Of a stretch of DNA of 64,000 bases, positions 62,726 to 64,000 are shown in pieces. The stretch spans positions 14,446,001 to 14,510,000 of the forward strand of contig CATNEN010000003.1 of assembly GCA_950097015.1 (NCBI GenBank). The letters run 5' to 3'. The stretch is from Macrostomum hystrix (lineage: Eukaryota; Animalia; Platyhelminthes). The stretch's first letter is position 1. Every line of letters begins with the position of its first letter. The notes beneath the pieces were generated by a model. It saw nothing but the letters and a program-made list of their open reading frames with translations, was not told the origin of the DNA and made no database searches. A program made the translations under genes and the position numbers.

Positions 62726-64000
62726 CCTAATTACCTCACTGATTAATATATTATTTATTAATACCTCATTGCAAGTGGAACACAAGTATAATGTCAACCT
62801 AATTTTACTATTCTGTAGTGTATTAATTTTCAGAATTATATGACGGGCTATTTAGTAAAAAACCGTATGACGATCAAGTTGTAATGTTCAATACTTTATA
62901 ACATTCGGTAGAGCAACATGTTAGGCAACTTATATCAAAAGAACAGCTTTGTATCCTCTTTTAATCAAAAGCTTTCATTATTTAAGTCTGAAAAATGACA
63001 GTTTTCTTTCTGTGTACGTAGTGTATTTTTGCGAAACCAGCCTTCAAACTTTTTTTTCTAAGAAACGTAGTTTTCTGTCCTTCTACTCCTATATTGATCC
63101 TTGTGTTGAATATTCGTGGTAAAAAAGAAGTCAAAAGCGACGCAATTATATGAAATTCTAGATGCATTAATCCTGTGTGAAATACAGCCATACATACAGT
63201 TTATTTCATTATGCTTATGTATAATGTGCGTTTTTTAATAGTGCAACTGATCGAATCGCACACAAAGCCTGCAAATAGTCAGTAGTCGGTTTACTACACA
63301 AATAAAATAGGATATCGTTTCTAAGAAAAAGCTGCTGCTGCTGCTGTTGCTGTTGCTGCTGCTGACTGACTGATGAATTAGACTGGATGCTTACTACATG
63401 GAACTGTAAAATGTGCACTTTTTCAATAGTCTGTCAACAAAAGTTTTATAATACATGTCAAAACTATAAGGTATTTAATAAGCTCCTGTACTGACACGCA
63501 TATTACACACAAGGACTTTAACGAGAACTGCGAAATCTGTCTCGAACGCAAGCAATTTATTCCGATCATTGATAACAATTACACCGAGCTGCTTCGGGAA
63601 AGCGAGATTTCGGGAATGTGAAAGCACTCTACATTAAATGAATACAGTACCGATCAATCATATTTTATGTTACTGTAGATTTAAAAGCTCCTTTGTTTAA
63701 TCTCTATCATACTTATAACAACATTTATAGTTATAAAATAGTTATAGTTTTTATAACTAAATTTTTTATTATAGATATAGTTATAGTTATTAAAGTTTAT
63801 AGTTATTAATTTTTATCCTTATAAAAAAATTATAGTCGTTGCTATTTTAAAACACGGAAAAATACCGAACGAAACAAAAAACATAGAAACAAAATCAATA
63901 AAGCGACAACAAATAGTCGAAAAGCATAGAAGTCTTCGTAAAAGCTAGTGGAAAAAGTGAATATTTAGATTTTTTATCAGATTTTCTCGAAACAAAATTA

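Overview
Repeat-rich eukaryotic (invertebrate animal) genomic DNA. Spliceosomal introns, tRNA-derived SINEs and very abundant 19-33 bp minisatellites are compatible with a flatworm such as Macrostomum, but that is inference. About 40% of the window is tandem arrays, which account for nearly all the long ORFs in the track. Three host genes can be assembled by hand: a 3-exon rhodopsin-family GPCR (+, 12641-14674), a 5-exon PX-domain sorting nexin resembling SNX8/Mvp1 (-, 34630-25932), and a 4-exon gene of unknown function (+, 52748-60386). Sorting nexin intron 2 holds a deleted PIF/Harbinger transposon. Inside it sits a 3-kb Ty3/gypsy (CsRN1-like) element with identical LTRs and no RT or RNase H. 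The most unusual object is a decayed ~9-kb Ty3/gypsy provirus (39698-48782). Its order is LTR, candidate PBS, an ORF with a SOCS-box-like (Elongin BC/Cul5) motif, a herpesvirus-gB-like env placed upstream of pol, PR-RT-RH-IN, a 3' region with a canonical histone-mRNA stem-loop on the antisense strand, PPT and LTR. No gag is recognisable. Smaller elements are a hAT MITE, several SINEs, MULE and gypsy gag remnants, and a probable CMC/EnSpm-type transposon end. All protein family calls are by-eye motif recognition, not database searches.
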